A stretch of DNA of 64,000 nt, taken from contig JANHCV010000011.1 of NCBI GenBank assembly GCA_025594325.1, forward strand, positions 558,001 to 622,000. The letters are read 5' to 3'. The notes under the pieces are model-generated. The model did no database searches, was not told the origin of the DNA, and saw nothing but the letters and a program-made list of their open reading frames with translations. Position numbers and translations under genes: made by a program. Below, piece after piece: positions 46,512 to 56,162 of this stretch. The DNA comes from Blastocladiella emersonii ATCC 22665 (taxonomy: Eukaryota > Fungi > Blastocladiomycota). The stretch's first letter is position 1. Every line of letters begins with the position of its first letter.

Positions 46512-47696
46512 GGTGTGTGCGTGCGGGTAGTGCAGGTGGTTTGGGAGCAAGGGGTGGTGGAGCGAGCGGCGCTCGCGTGCAGGAAGAGGTGGGTCAGGCA
46601 CGGGAGGCAGGCTCGCGATGTGTTGCTGTTGTGGTGTTGCGTGCGGTTGGTGGTACAGATGATAAAGGGGGAGAGGCGAGGCTCTCCGGCGATGGGCGAA
46701 AGGGAGAGAGAGAGAGCGAGAGGATCGGCGCGCGGGAAGAGGGGCCGAAGCGCGCGTCGCTCAGCCGAGGCTCAAGAGGTGACGGGTGGATCAGGTGACC
46801 GCAGCGACGCGTTTTCGCGGTTCGCGTTGTTCAGCCGGGCGAGCCCGATCGGGCGCTCGGCCGCCGTCCCACGGCCCCATCGGCGCACGCACGCCCTCGT
46901 CTTCGCCCTTGATTGTTTTGCGTGGCAGCGCGGGCTAGCTCGGCAAATTTCTTCTCATGGCGCGCAAGCACGGAGAGGGCGAGCAGTGTGCGCACGGGGA
47001 GGGGGTCCATCGGGGCCAAGCATGGCCAGAGAGCGGAGGCGCGACCGAGCCACCCCCGTGCGCAGGCGGCCGCGCGCTCTCGCTCTCTCCCACCCGCGTT
47101 TGCGGTTGATAACTTCAGTCAAGCCTGTCCGCGACGCAAGCGAGCCCGTCACCCCACCCGTCGCCCGCGACACGTCCCTCGTCCCGCACATCCCACACGT
47201 CCCGCACCCACCGGCCCGCGCGCGCGCGTCGCGCCGATCCCCGCTCTCCCATCCCCCATCGGGCATCACCCGCCTCATCACCCTCGCCCTCACCCGCTGC
47301 ACTCGCCTCGCCCCGACTACCACCATCCTCCCGATCTGCTGCTCTTGCGCAACATTGCGCGCTGCAACCGCACCCGACCCGCGCCCGTCCTTCGCGCCGC
47401 GCCACCCGTAGACCGGCGCTGCCCGTCCTCGCACGCGCGCCTCAGCGACCCGCTGGCCACTGGTGCGTCCTTCTCTTGCCTCGGCCGTGCGAGCGTGTGG
47501 GCAAGTTGGCAGCCCGCGCTCGCACGCCCCTCGCGCGATGATGACGCCGGCCGGGCCTGACCGCTGCTGCGCACAACGCGCACGCCCGTGCGTGTAGCCA
47601 TCGACTCGACACCTGCCGCGTGCGTGCGCCCCACGTGCCGCCGCGAACCCGTGTCTCCCACCCACCGACGCGTCGGCCTCGCGCACGTGCCACGTG

Positions 47697-47850
47697 GTAC
47701 GCGTTCTTTTTCTTGTTCCCCTCCCCTTGCTTGTTCCATCCCCCGACAACGACCCCGTCCCTCTTCTCCCGCCGGGTCCGTGGTTCGCCCCCTTCTCCCC
47801 CCGCTTCCATCGAGTCCTCGACTCCTCGATTGAGCGCCGCTGACTCACAG
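47697..47850 (+). other. Probable 5'-UTR intron of the 47967 gene
   Basis: GTACGC donor, pyrimidine-rich interior, GCTGAC branch point and CAG acceptor about 116 nt upstream of the ATG. Confidence 0.4.
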
Positions 47851-47966
47851 CCCGCGCGCGCGTCCCCTCCAGACCTTCGGCGTGCCGCACCTCCACCACC
47901 ACCACCTCACCTCCACCACGACCCGCCCGCATCGCCGTCTGCCGACCGCGCCATCCATCCACCGCC

Positions 47967-50900
47967 ATGGCCGACAACTGGGTCAACGTCCAAAGCGACC
48001 GCGACTTTGGCGACGACGAGGACGACGTCGCGCCGCCGCGCCGCCCCTTCGACCCGTCCAAGCTGCACGAGAGCCCGCTCAGCACCATCCTCCCCGCCAT
48101 CGTGCCGAATGAGGCCCCGCCGCCCCGCTCGCGTCCACCAGCGCACTTCTCGCCGCGCGCCGGCCTCCTCTTTGCCCACAATCTCGCCGCCTCGTCCCTC
48201 GCCGCGCCCTCGGCGACGCCGCCGCTCGCTGCTGCCGCCGTGCCCCGCTCGCGCTCCACCTCGCGCCTGTCCGACACCGACTCGGCCTTCTACCACTCGG
48301 TCTCCGCCGCGGCCACCATCCGCCAGCTGCCCCTCCCCGCCTACCTCGCCTCGCCGGCCATGGCCCGCGACGACGAGGACGACGACCGCGGCCGGAGTCG
48401 CCCGCTGCACCGCACCACCTCTCGCTCGCGCATCCCCATGCCCGATCCTACCCCCGCCATTTCCTCGCCGCCCGACACGGACGAGGAGCTCGCCCTGACC
48501 CCCGAGCTGCCGGTGCGCGCTGCGCTCCCGACGCCGCGCCCGACCGCCACCGAGTTTGACGACCGCTCCAACACCTCGGCCTTCCTCGAGTTTTGCGCCG
48601 CCAACACGAGCTCCATCTCGTACTCGTCCTCCCTCTCCGACTCTCTCCTCTCCATCGGATCGGCCCAGGACGGCACCGGCCGCACGCTCTCGCCCGTCCT
48701 GCGCGCCAGCGCCCCCTTCGACCTCGACGACACGTCCATCCTCACCGACCCCGACCTCACCATCCCCATCTTCGTCAACCCGCTCGACCATGCCGACGCC
48801 GACGCCGAGGCTGCCGCCGCGATCCCGGTCCCACCCTCGCCGCACCGGTCGCACCCGTGTCGCGCTTCCCGCTACGGCCTCGACGGCTCGCGCGAGCTCG
48901 GCGCCTCGGCCGAGTTCGAAATGGTCGACGGCCCCGCGAGCGGCTCGCTCGCCATGCTCGGCAGCCACATTCGCCCGCGGCCCGCGCCGCCGGGCTACGC
49001 CGTGGCCAGCCCGAGCTCGGCCGTCATGGCTGGCCTCGTACACGGCCTCGAGAGCAGCCGCGCCATCGCCTCGCCCAACACCACCTTCGACGATGCCGCA
49101 AGCACCCCGCCGGGCTCGTGCGACCAGTCGCGCTGCGACTCTACCGACCTCCTCAACCCGCACTTTTCGCCGACCGTCTCGACGCTCTCGACCTTCCCCG
49201 CCAGCGCCGAAGGCCTCGACCGCGACCACGCCGCTGCCCCCGCTGCCGCCGCCGCCCACGGCGCGTCGAGTCGGGCCGCATCGCGCAACTCGGACTACGA
49301 CTACGACTACCACCTCGCCGGCTCGTCACACTCGCACTACGCCTCGTCCATCCATCGTGCCGCGACCCCGCCGCTGATCTTCGACGACACGCCCGCCGCG
49401 CCCTCGGCCGCGACGCCGCCGCTACTCGACGACCTCGACTCGCCGCCACCGCCGTGCCACCGCTACGGCCCGCAGACCACTTCCACGACGGCGGCGGCGC
49501 CCGCTATGCCCGCGATGCTCGCGTCGCCGGCACCGTCGTTTGGCGAGCAGACGGGCGTCAGCGAGCCCGCGAGCCTCGCCTCCAGCACGGCGACGGTTCG
49601 CGCCGGTGACCACGACTACAATCGTGACCACGACCGCTACCTCGCCGCGCACACGTCGGCCCTCTCGAGCTCGAGCACTTCCAGCTTCGACGACCTGACC
49701 ACGCCGACTGGGGCCCGCTCGCCCGTCTCGGACCACGAGCGCGACCTGATCACGCCCGTCCCGGACCACGCCCGGGACCAGGTCACGCCCGTCCCCGGCG
49801 ACAGGTACCCGCAGCAGCTTCGTGGATCTCGTTCCCCGCTGACCGACGGGCTCGGGTTCTACATGGGCGCCCGCGACCACGAGTACTCGCCCCCCTCGTC
49901 GCCCATCATCCGGAGCCGGCCAACGCCCGCGTACGGCGTGCCACCGGTCGTGTCGCCGGCACGCAGCATCGCTTCATCGTCGTCCTCGGTGGCCACGCTA
50001 CGGGCGCGTCCTCGGCGGGCGCAGCCCATGGTCGACGACTCGCTCTCGTCGCTGTTCCCGCTGCCGCTCGCCCCGGCCGTCTCGGCGCCTGTCGCGCCCT
50101 CAGTCGTGTCGGCGGTCGCGCCTTCGGTTGTCGATGCGCAGCAGGCCGCCGAAACTCCCGAGTCGCTCGTGTCGTCGCTCAACTGGCAGCGGCGAGTGTA
50201 CCTGGTGTCGCCGACTGCTGCTGCGACACCCGCGTCTACAGCCTCGTCCATTGCGTCGTCGTTCGTATGGTCCGCGTCGGCCGCGGCGCTCTGGGCCGTG
50301 TGGCGGATGGTCTGCATCACGTTCAAGTTCCTGCGGCTCCTCGTCATCTGTACGCCTTCTCGCACTCGCGCTGCCTCATCACGGACTCAAACTCACCCAC
50401 TCGTTTTCAATGGTAGTCTCTGTCGTGGCCGGCCTCAGCATCTTCTGCTTCAACCTCTTCTACAACGTCAAGGCGTGCTCGGCGTCGCGCGGCCACATCC
50501 TCTGGGAGTTCCCCGAGTGGGGCTTTCCGTCGTACGCGTGCCACACGACGCTCGACACGATCAAGCCCGTGGTCGACGTCGCACGCTCGTTCGCGTTCGC
50601 CGTCAACTTCCACGTCCCGAACGACCGCCTGTACGGATACCAGGCCGAGCTCGAGCAGATCGGGCGCCAGATCCGCGACGCCCGCAACGGCGAGGTGCGG
50701 CGAAACGAGAAGGAGACGGCCGCGCGTGAAGCGGGGGTCAAGCGCGAGAAGTCGTCGATCTGGGGGGTGTGGTGGCGGCCGTTTGGACTGGCAGCGCCTG
50801 GGACCGGGCCCGACGGTCACGGTCATGGTCATGGTCATGGTCCTCAACTGCCCACGCCGCCCGCGTCCAAGGACGCCCCGCCGGCGACCATGGCCGAGCT

Positions 50901-52053
50901 CGAGGCCAGGCTGGCCAAGGGCAACCTGGAGTACGCCAAGAACAAGGAGCTGCTCACGGGCGACGTGGAGCAAATTGCTGGCCTGATCGAGGACGCGGCG
51001 GTCGCCGTACGCGTCGCCGACAAGGCCATGCTCAACCTCGAGCGCGGCATCGACACGTTCCGCGTCTCGCTCCGCATCAAGCTCAAGGCCATCCTCAAGG
51101 TCCTCGACTTTGCCGGCGACCAGCACACCGTCCTCTCGGTGCTGTTCGAGTCGGGCCGCGAGGCGACGGCCGCGCTCGAGCTGCGCGGCGAGGAGCTCCG
51201 CTACACGATCGAGGAGCAGCTCCTGCGGCTGCGCAACCTCGCCGCCGCGGCCCACGAAGCCGTCGGCGACGCCGACAGCAAGGTCAACCTCGTCATCACC
51301 CACGTCAACTCGGCGCTCATGAAGCTCCAGAAGAGCGACGTGGCGGCCGAGGTCGAGGTCCTTCTCCGCGAGCGCCGCCGCAAGGAATGCCACGACGCGG
51401 CGGCCGGCGCCGAGTGTGAGGACGGCGTCGCCAGCGAGCACGGCGACGACCGGCCCATCCATGGCGAACGCGTGCGCAACCTCCTGTCCATGCTGCTCAC
51501 GTTCCCGGCCAAGGACGGCTCCGGTGGCGCCAGTGGCTCGTCGTCGACGTCGTGGGACGACATGGACGACGCGGCGCGCGCCAAGGTGACGGCCGAGCAG
51601 TGGCACCGGCAGAAGATCGAGGGCCTCCTGACCAAGCTCGCCAAGCGGACGCAGATCATGCTCAACAACATCGGCAAGCTCTTCCAGGACCTGGACGAGT
51701 TCGAGGTCCAGCTCGCCGAGGCCTACCACCAGGCGCGCGACGCGGCCAAGAAGCGCAACGAGTCCAACAACATGATCGACGTGCTGCGCCGCGGGACCGG
51801 CAGCAGGGCGAGCTCATTGGCGACGTTCGGGACCACGACGCTCGACATCGAGGAGGAGATCCACGAGGTGCTCAACTTCATCGCCCACGGCCCGGCCGCG
51901 TCCGCGTCCTCGTCCAAGGGCTCGCCGTCAACACGGGCACGCTCGGACGCGCGGCAGAAACAGCAGCAGCAACAGCAGCAGCAGCAGCAGAAGGTTGTGA
52001 CCCTCGAGCAGCCGCGGGTGCCGCCACAACAGGACGCGGCGGTGCTGGCGTGA
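47967..52053 (+). CDS. Type II-like membrane protein (about 1339 aa): long disordered N-terminus, TM region, Cys pair and coiled-coil C-terminus; tandem family member 1; intron 50350-50416
   Basis: A phase-1 intron joins the 47967 and 50128 ORFs, giving ...FLRLLVIFSVVAGLSIFCFNLFYNVKACSASRGHI. The C-terminal half aligns by eye with the 54032 gene. Confidence 0.8.
51961..51990 (+). repeat. CAG/CAA polyglutamine tract (10 Q)
   Basis: cagcagcagcaacagcagcagcagcagcag in frame. Confidence 0.9.
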
Positions 52054-52432
52054 GTCTGGTGCAGCATCCTATTTATTCGCGCATACCCATCCCTCGAACA
52101 CCATTTTATTTCACGACTCAATCATTGATTCCACGTTTTCTCGCCGCCACCCGTCGTCGACTCGACCTTAGGGGCTCGCTCGCGTTGGACGTGTCGGCGT
52201 GACCGACCCGGCGGAGTGGCTTGCCGCCGCCACGCAAGCAGATCCGCCCGCTGCTCCGCCCGCTTCTGACGCTCGCTTGCGACGGAAGCGCCCTCACTGC
52301 AAAGGCAACGGAGACAAATGTATGAATGAGACTTGCTGCAAAACGTTTATGCCCTTGGTTTGACGGCGAGATCCGTGAAAATGTAGCCCGCGCGACACTT
52401 TCTGCCTTACTTGGCTTTCCAGCAGCACTAAA

Positions 52433-53701
52433 ATGGGAGGTCACGCTAGCCGCGAAGAGCAAGACGATGAGGAAGAATATTATCATGATGAGTCGTACCT
52501 CGAGTCTTGCAACAGCTCCTCGCCTGATTGCAGCCTCAAAGGTTGCGCATTTTTTGTTACTCTTGTGCTGATGCTGCTTCTGGGTATGATCGAATTGCAT
52601 TCTTGTTTCCCATTCACAGGGCTGATGACGAAGTCTATAGTTCCGTCAATCGTGGATGTGTGTGTTACCACGGTTTCGCTTTGCGGGAGCAAGATCTTTG
52701 CGCCTAATTGCAACCCGCACGAGTATCACGAGCTCGTCAAGACTACAGGTCGGGCGCGCTTTGTATGCAAGGAACCCGACGTCGACCCGCTTGTTGTCAT
52801 GGGCAAAGAGCTCCTCGAGGTTGTGCGCTGGGAATCGCACGATGCTTACGATTGGCTGGCCACGAACAAGCACCTTGCGCCGCAACTGGAAGCTACAGCA
52901 GCCGGCTTCAATATCTCCTTCGAGACCGAAGTCAAACAGGACTCGGTGCCGCTGAGCACGTTGCGGCGCTCGATCGCGCGTGCATGTCGCCGCACCGACG
53001 CGGCTTCGAGCTCCTCGTCGGACATGGTACCTTTCAGCCGCGTCGATGTCATTGCGACCTCCATCAAGTCTGCGGCTCGCACACTTCGCGTCTCTCACGT
53101 TTCGATTGCAGAGCATCAATCCAAACGCACCCATGCCAAGGCACAGAACACGTTGAACTCGCTGATTTCACTCAGCTATACTTTGAATTCCCTGTTTTCC
53201 TACATTATGCCGCAGTTCATTATTGACCGTGCTCGCGTCAAGCTTTGGCCTACTGTTTTCGAGGTGACTGATGCCCTGCGTGGCGAACTTGTGGAGCTTT
53301 TATCCCACGCGAGAAGCATTTCCTCCTCGAGGGATGCGGTTCAAGTAGCTCTTGATTCGATTGACGAGATTCTCGACGCACGCAAACGGCCACCCGTGGC
53401 TCGTGTTTCGCATCCTTCCGACATAACTAGCAAGATTAACGACATGCTCTGCATTCTCGCGCGGGCTGTGGTTCCTGCTTTCTCCTGGATCGAGCCCGAA
53501 TCGTTTGTTCCGATCTCAATGGCTCAACTTGAACAACTCGCTGCCGATCTTCGCGCCCATCGTACGCTGCTGCAACAGCGCTTTGACGACATGCTTAACC
53601 TTGTCAAGTACCTTGAAAAGGCGGAGAAAGAGATCGGCGAGCTCTCCGCAGTGTTTCTTGGCATGGAAGCCCAACGGCCCCAGCACTTTCGCCGGCTCTG
53701 A
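52433..53701 (+). CDS. Single-pass membrane protein with helical C-terminal region, probable divergent tandem family member 2
   Basis: Intronless 422-aa ORF with an acidic N-terminus, TM FFVTLVLMLLLGMI, then HSCFPFTGL...DVCVTTV in the same Cys spacing as members 1 and 3. Low GC. Confidence 0.6.
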   Translation: MGGHASREEQDDEEEYYHDESYLESCNSSSPDCSLKGCAFFVTLVLMLLLGMIELHSCFPFTGLMTKSIVPSIVDVCVTTVSLCGSKIFAPNCNPHEYHELVKTTGRARFVCKEPDVDPLVVMGKELLEVVRWESHDAYDWLATNKHLAPQLEATAAGFNISFETEVKQDSVPLSTLRRSIARACRRTDAASSSSSDMVPFSRVDVIATSIKSAARTLRVSHVSIAEHQSKRTHAKAQNTLNSLISLSYTLNSLFSYIMPQFIIDRARVKLWPTVFEVTDALRGELVELLSHARSISSSRDAVQVALDSIDEILDARKRPPVARVSHPSDITSKINDMLCILARAVVPAFSWIEPESFVPISMAQLEQLAADLRAHRTLLQQRFDDMLNLVKYLEKAEKEIGELSAVFLGMEAQRPQHFRRL

Positions 53702-54031
53702 TAGCTAGGTTAGTTGCAGACGCAATGGAATATATATTGAGTTTTCCGCGAACCTGTAAAGCTTAGTGTCCGAGGACGTCGCTGATTCTGAGGCTGGTCG
53801 TTCACGCGAAGGTCATTTCACGTGACGTCGTGTTTGAGGCGCCACGTTGTGATCGTGATACGTACGAGCCACGTATCACTGCGGTGCTGGTTGACTGACC
53901 AATTATCAAACTTTGTCCGCCACTTGTCCAGTTGAATCGCCCAGTCGAAGCGCCCCATAAATCTCGTTCAACCCTACCCTCACAAATCGCTCCCTCCCTC
54001 CCTCCCATATCATATCACATCACAAACTGCA

Positions 54032-55660
54032 ATGAAAATTCAAGATATCGGCCCCGTCGAAGATCTAGACTGGCGATTTCACGCTGACACTTGGTCAGGC
54101 ATGGACGACGGCGACCACTCTGATGCCAGCAGCGAAGGCGAGCCTGAGTTTGACACCTTAGCTGCGGCCGGTGCAACTCCCTTGATGCACCCAACGGTGC
54201 TCGAGGAGAGCCCTCAGCCTCCTAACGAGGATGGCGAGAAGCAGTGCAATCCCGACGACGACGTCGAAGGAGACGAAGGTCGGCAGCGGCCCGCCGCCAC
54301 AAACTCGACGCGGACCGGCGGCCGCAGCGGATCGATGTCGCTCTACAAGTATATTCTTCTGGGTACGCATCGCTTTGTCCCTGGCGCAACTGTTGTGGAC
54401 TCTAACGAGCGCCCTCTACTAGCTTTCCTTGCTGTGGTCGTATTGATTGCCGCCGCGCTCGGGCCGGATGTCTACGGCGAGGTGCAGGCGTGCTCCAAGT
54501 CGCGCGGCTACATCGAGTTCCATGGCCTGCCGCTGACTGTGTCTCCGTGGATGTCGTGCCGGTCGACGCTGGGCGACGTGAAACCGTTCCTATCCGTGGC
54601 GCAGTCGCTCGCCCACGCCCTCGTCAGCAAGCAGCCGCAGCTGCGCGTCGAGGAGCACGGCATTCTGCTCGACCAGGTCGGCGGCGACCTGCGCGGGCTG
54701 GTCGAGCTCGAGATGATCCGCGCCAACAAGGCCAAGGAGCGCTCAGCCGAATCGTGGTGGTCATTCTCCTCTGCGTCGTCGCCCGGCGCGTCCTCAAGTA
54801 CGGACGGTGTTCCCGCTACGGTTCCGGCGGCACGTTTTGCCGACATCGAGACCGTGTTCATGACGGACATCCACGAGGTGACGAACGGAATATCGGTCGC
54901 TTCCGAGAGCCTGCGCAAGGCCAACCGCGCGCTTGCGGGTCTCCAGGCCGCCATCGGTGGCACGCGTGGTCGCCTCGCCAACGATCTATCGTCGCTTGCC
55001 CAGCTTTTCCACGCGTCGACGGAGCAGCCCAGCACGCTGACGGCCCTCAGCGCGTCGGGCAAGCGGACAGCTGACCAGTACGGGCTCTTTGCGTCGAACG
55101 TCCACTGGAGCCTCGAAAAGGACGTGATCCGCCTTCGCGAGTTTGCGGCGCGTGCGCACGACCTCGTCGTCGAGTCCGACGAGCACGTCTCGACCTTAAC
55201 GCGCAAGGTCCGCAGCGTGCTCATGCGTCTCCAAAACGACCCGAATCTCGCAGCAATCAGAACGGGTGCTTCTGGTGCCGATGGCGAGCAGCTTTCGCTC
55301 ACGGAATTGATTTTCCAGCAGCTGTATGCGCTGCAGGACGGGCTTGTCACGATCACGACGTCGGCCGCGACGCGCGAGGATACGGCAGCCAAGGCCATGC
55401 ACCGCGGCCAAGTCCAGGGCCTCCTGACGGCCATTCAGCACCAGACGAGCGCGTCGCGCGAAACCTTGCGCACGCTTCGTGGCGAGCTCGATCAGTTTGA
55501 TGCCCAGCTCGCCGAGGCCAAGCAGATTGCTGGTGACGCCCGACGCCAGCGCACCATGGAGGGTGGTGTGATGGTAGTCCAGGACAAGCGACTTGCCCAC
55601 GTTTCGTTCTCGTCGCTCAAGGACGAGCTCGCGGCCACCATCAGTCATCTTCGTGGGTAG
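54032..55660 (+). CDS. Type II-like membrane coiled-coil protein, tandem family member 3; probable in-frame intron 54363-54422
   Basis: VQACSKSRGYI...CRSTLGDVKPFLSVAQSLA versus VKACSASRGHI...CHTTLDTIKPVVDVARSFA in member 1. MHRGQVQGLL...LDQFDAQLAEA versus WHRQKIEGLL...LDEFEVQLAEA. Confidence 0.8.
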   Translation: MKIQDIGPVEDLDWRFHADTWSGMDDGDHSDASSEGEPEFDTLAAAGATPLMHPTVLEESPQPPNEDGEKQCNPDDDVEGDEGRQRPAATNSTRTGGRSGSMSLYKYILLGTHRFVPGATVVDSNERPLLAFLAVVVLIAAALGPDVYGEVQACSKSRGYIEFHGLPLTVSPWMSCRSTLGDVKPFLSVAQSLAHALVSKQPQLRVEEHGILLDQVGGDLRGLVELEMIRANKAKERSAESWWSFSSASSPGASSSTDGVPATVPAARFADIETVFMTDIHEVTNGISVASESLRKANRALAGLQAAIGGTRGRLANDLSSLAQLFHASTEQPSTLTALSASGKRTADQYGLFASNVHWSLEKDVIRLREFAARAHDLVVESDEHVSTLTRKVRSVLMRLQNDPNLAAIRTGASGADGEQLSLTELIFQQLYALQDGLVTITTSAATREDTAAKAMHRGQVQGLLTAIQHQTSASRETLRTLRGELDQFDAQLAEAKQIAGDARRQRTMEGGVMVVQDKRLAHVSFSSLKDELAATISHLRG

Positions 55661-56162
55661 GGTCAAGGGTTCGATGCGACCTCAAGCCGTCCTCACTTTT
55701 TCGCTCCCGCTCGTGGGGACGTCGCCCTTGATGATTTGTTCCTGCTCTAGTGCACAAATGTAACTTGATTCTAAAATTTCTTGTTTGAAACCATTCGAAC
55801 CTCTCTGGCACTTGTGAGAGCTTTGCGGACTGAACAACCGCGCGACGGTCATTTCACATGACCAGGCTGATCGATCATGATCTTCGCTCGTCCAGCTCAC
55901 ACGCTTGCCCGCGAGCACTTCCCGAGTGCCCGGTGTGCCGCGCAAGCTAGCTTCCAGTCAGCGTGGGGTGTCCACGTCCGATGTGCTGAAAGCTCTGTAC
56001 CGTACGCTGGTCGCGTTGCGCAAGGAAGAGTCCACGGCAGACGATGGCGCGGCTCCGCGGCAAGGTTTAACTAACAAGTCGCCAAGCCGATGCTCATTCG
56101 TAACTGTACATGATATATTTCTCCTTGACACCCCTCAAAACTCAGCTCAAAGCTCACCCCCA

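Noticed and set aside
46517-47960. Multiple 100-440-aa ORFs between PHO8 and the 47967 gene
   Set aside because: Arg/Gly/Pro-rich translations of GC-rich promoter/UTR sequence with no domain signal.
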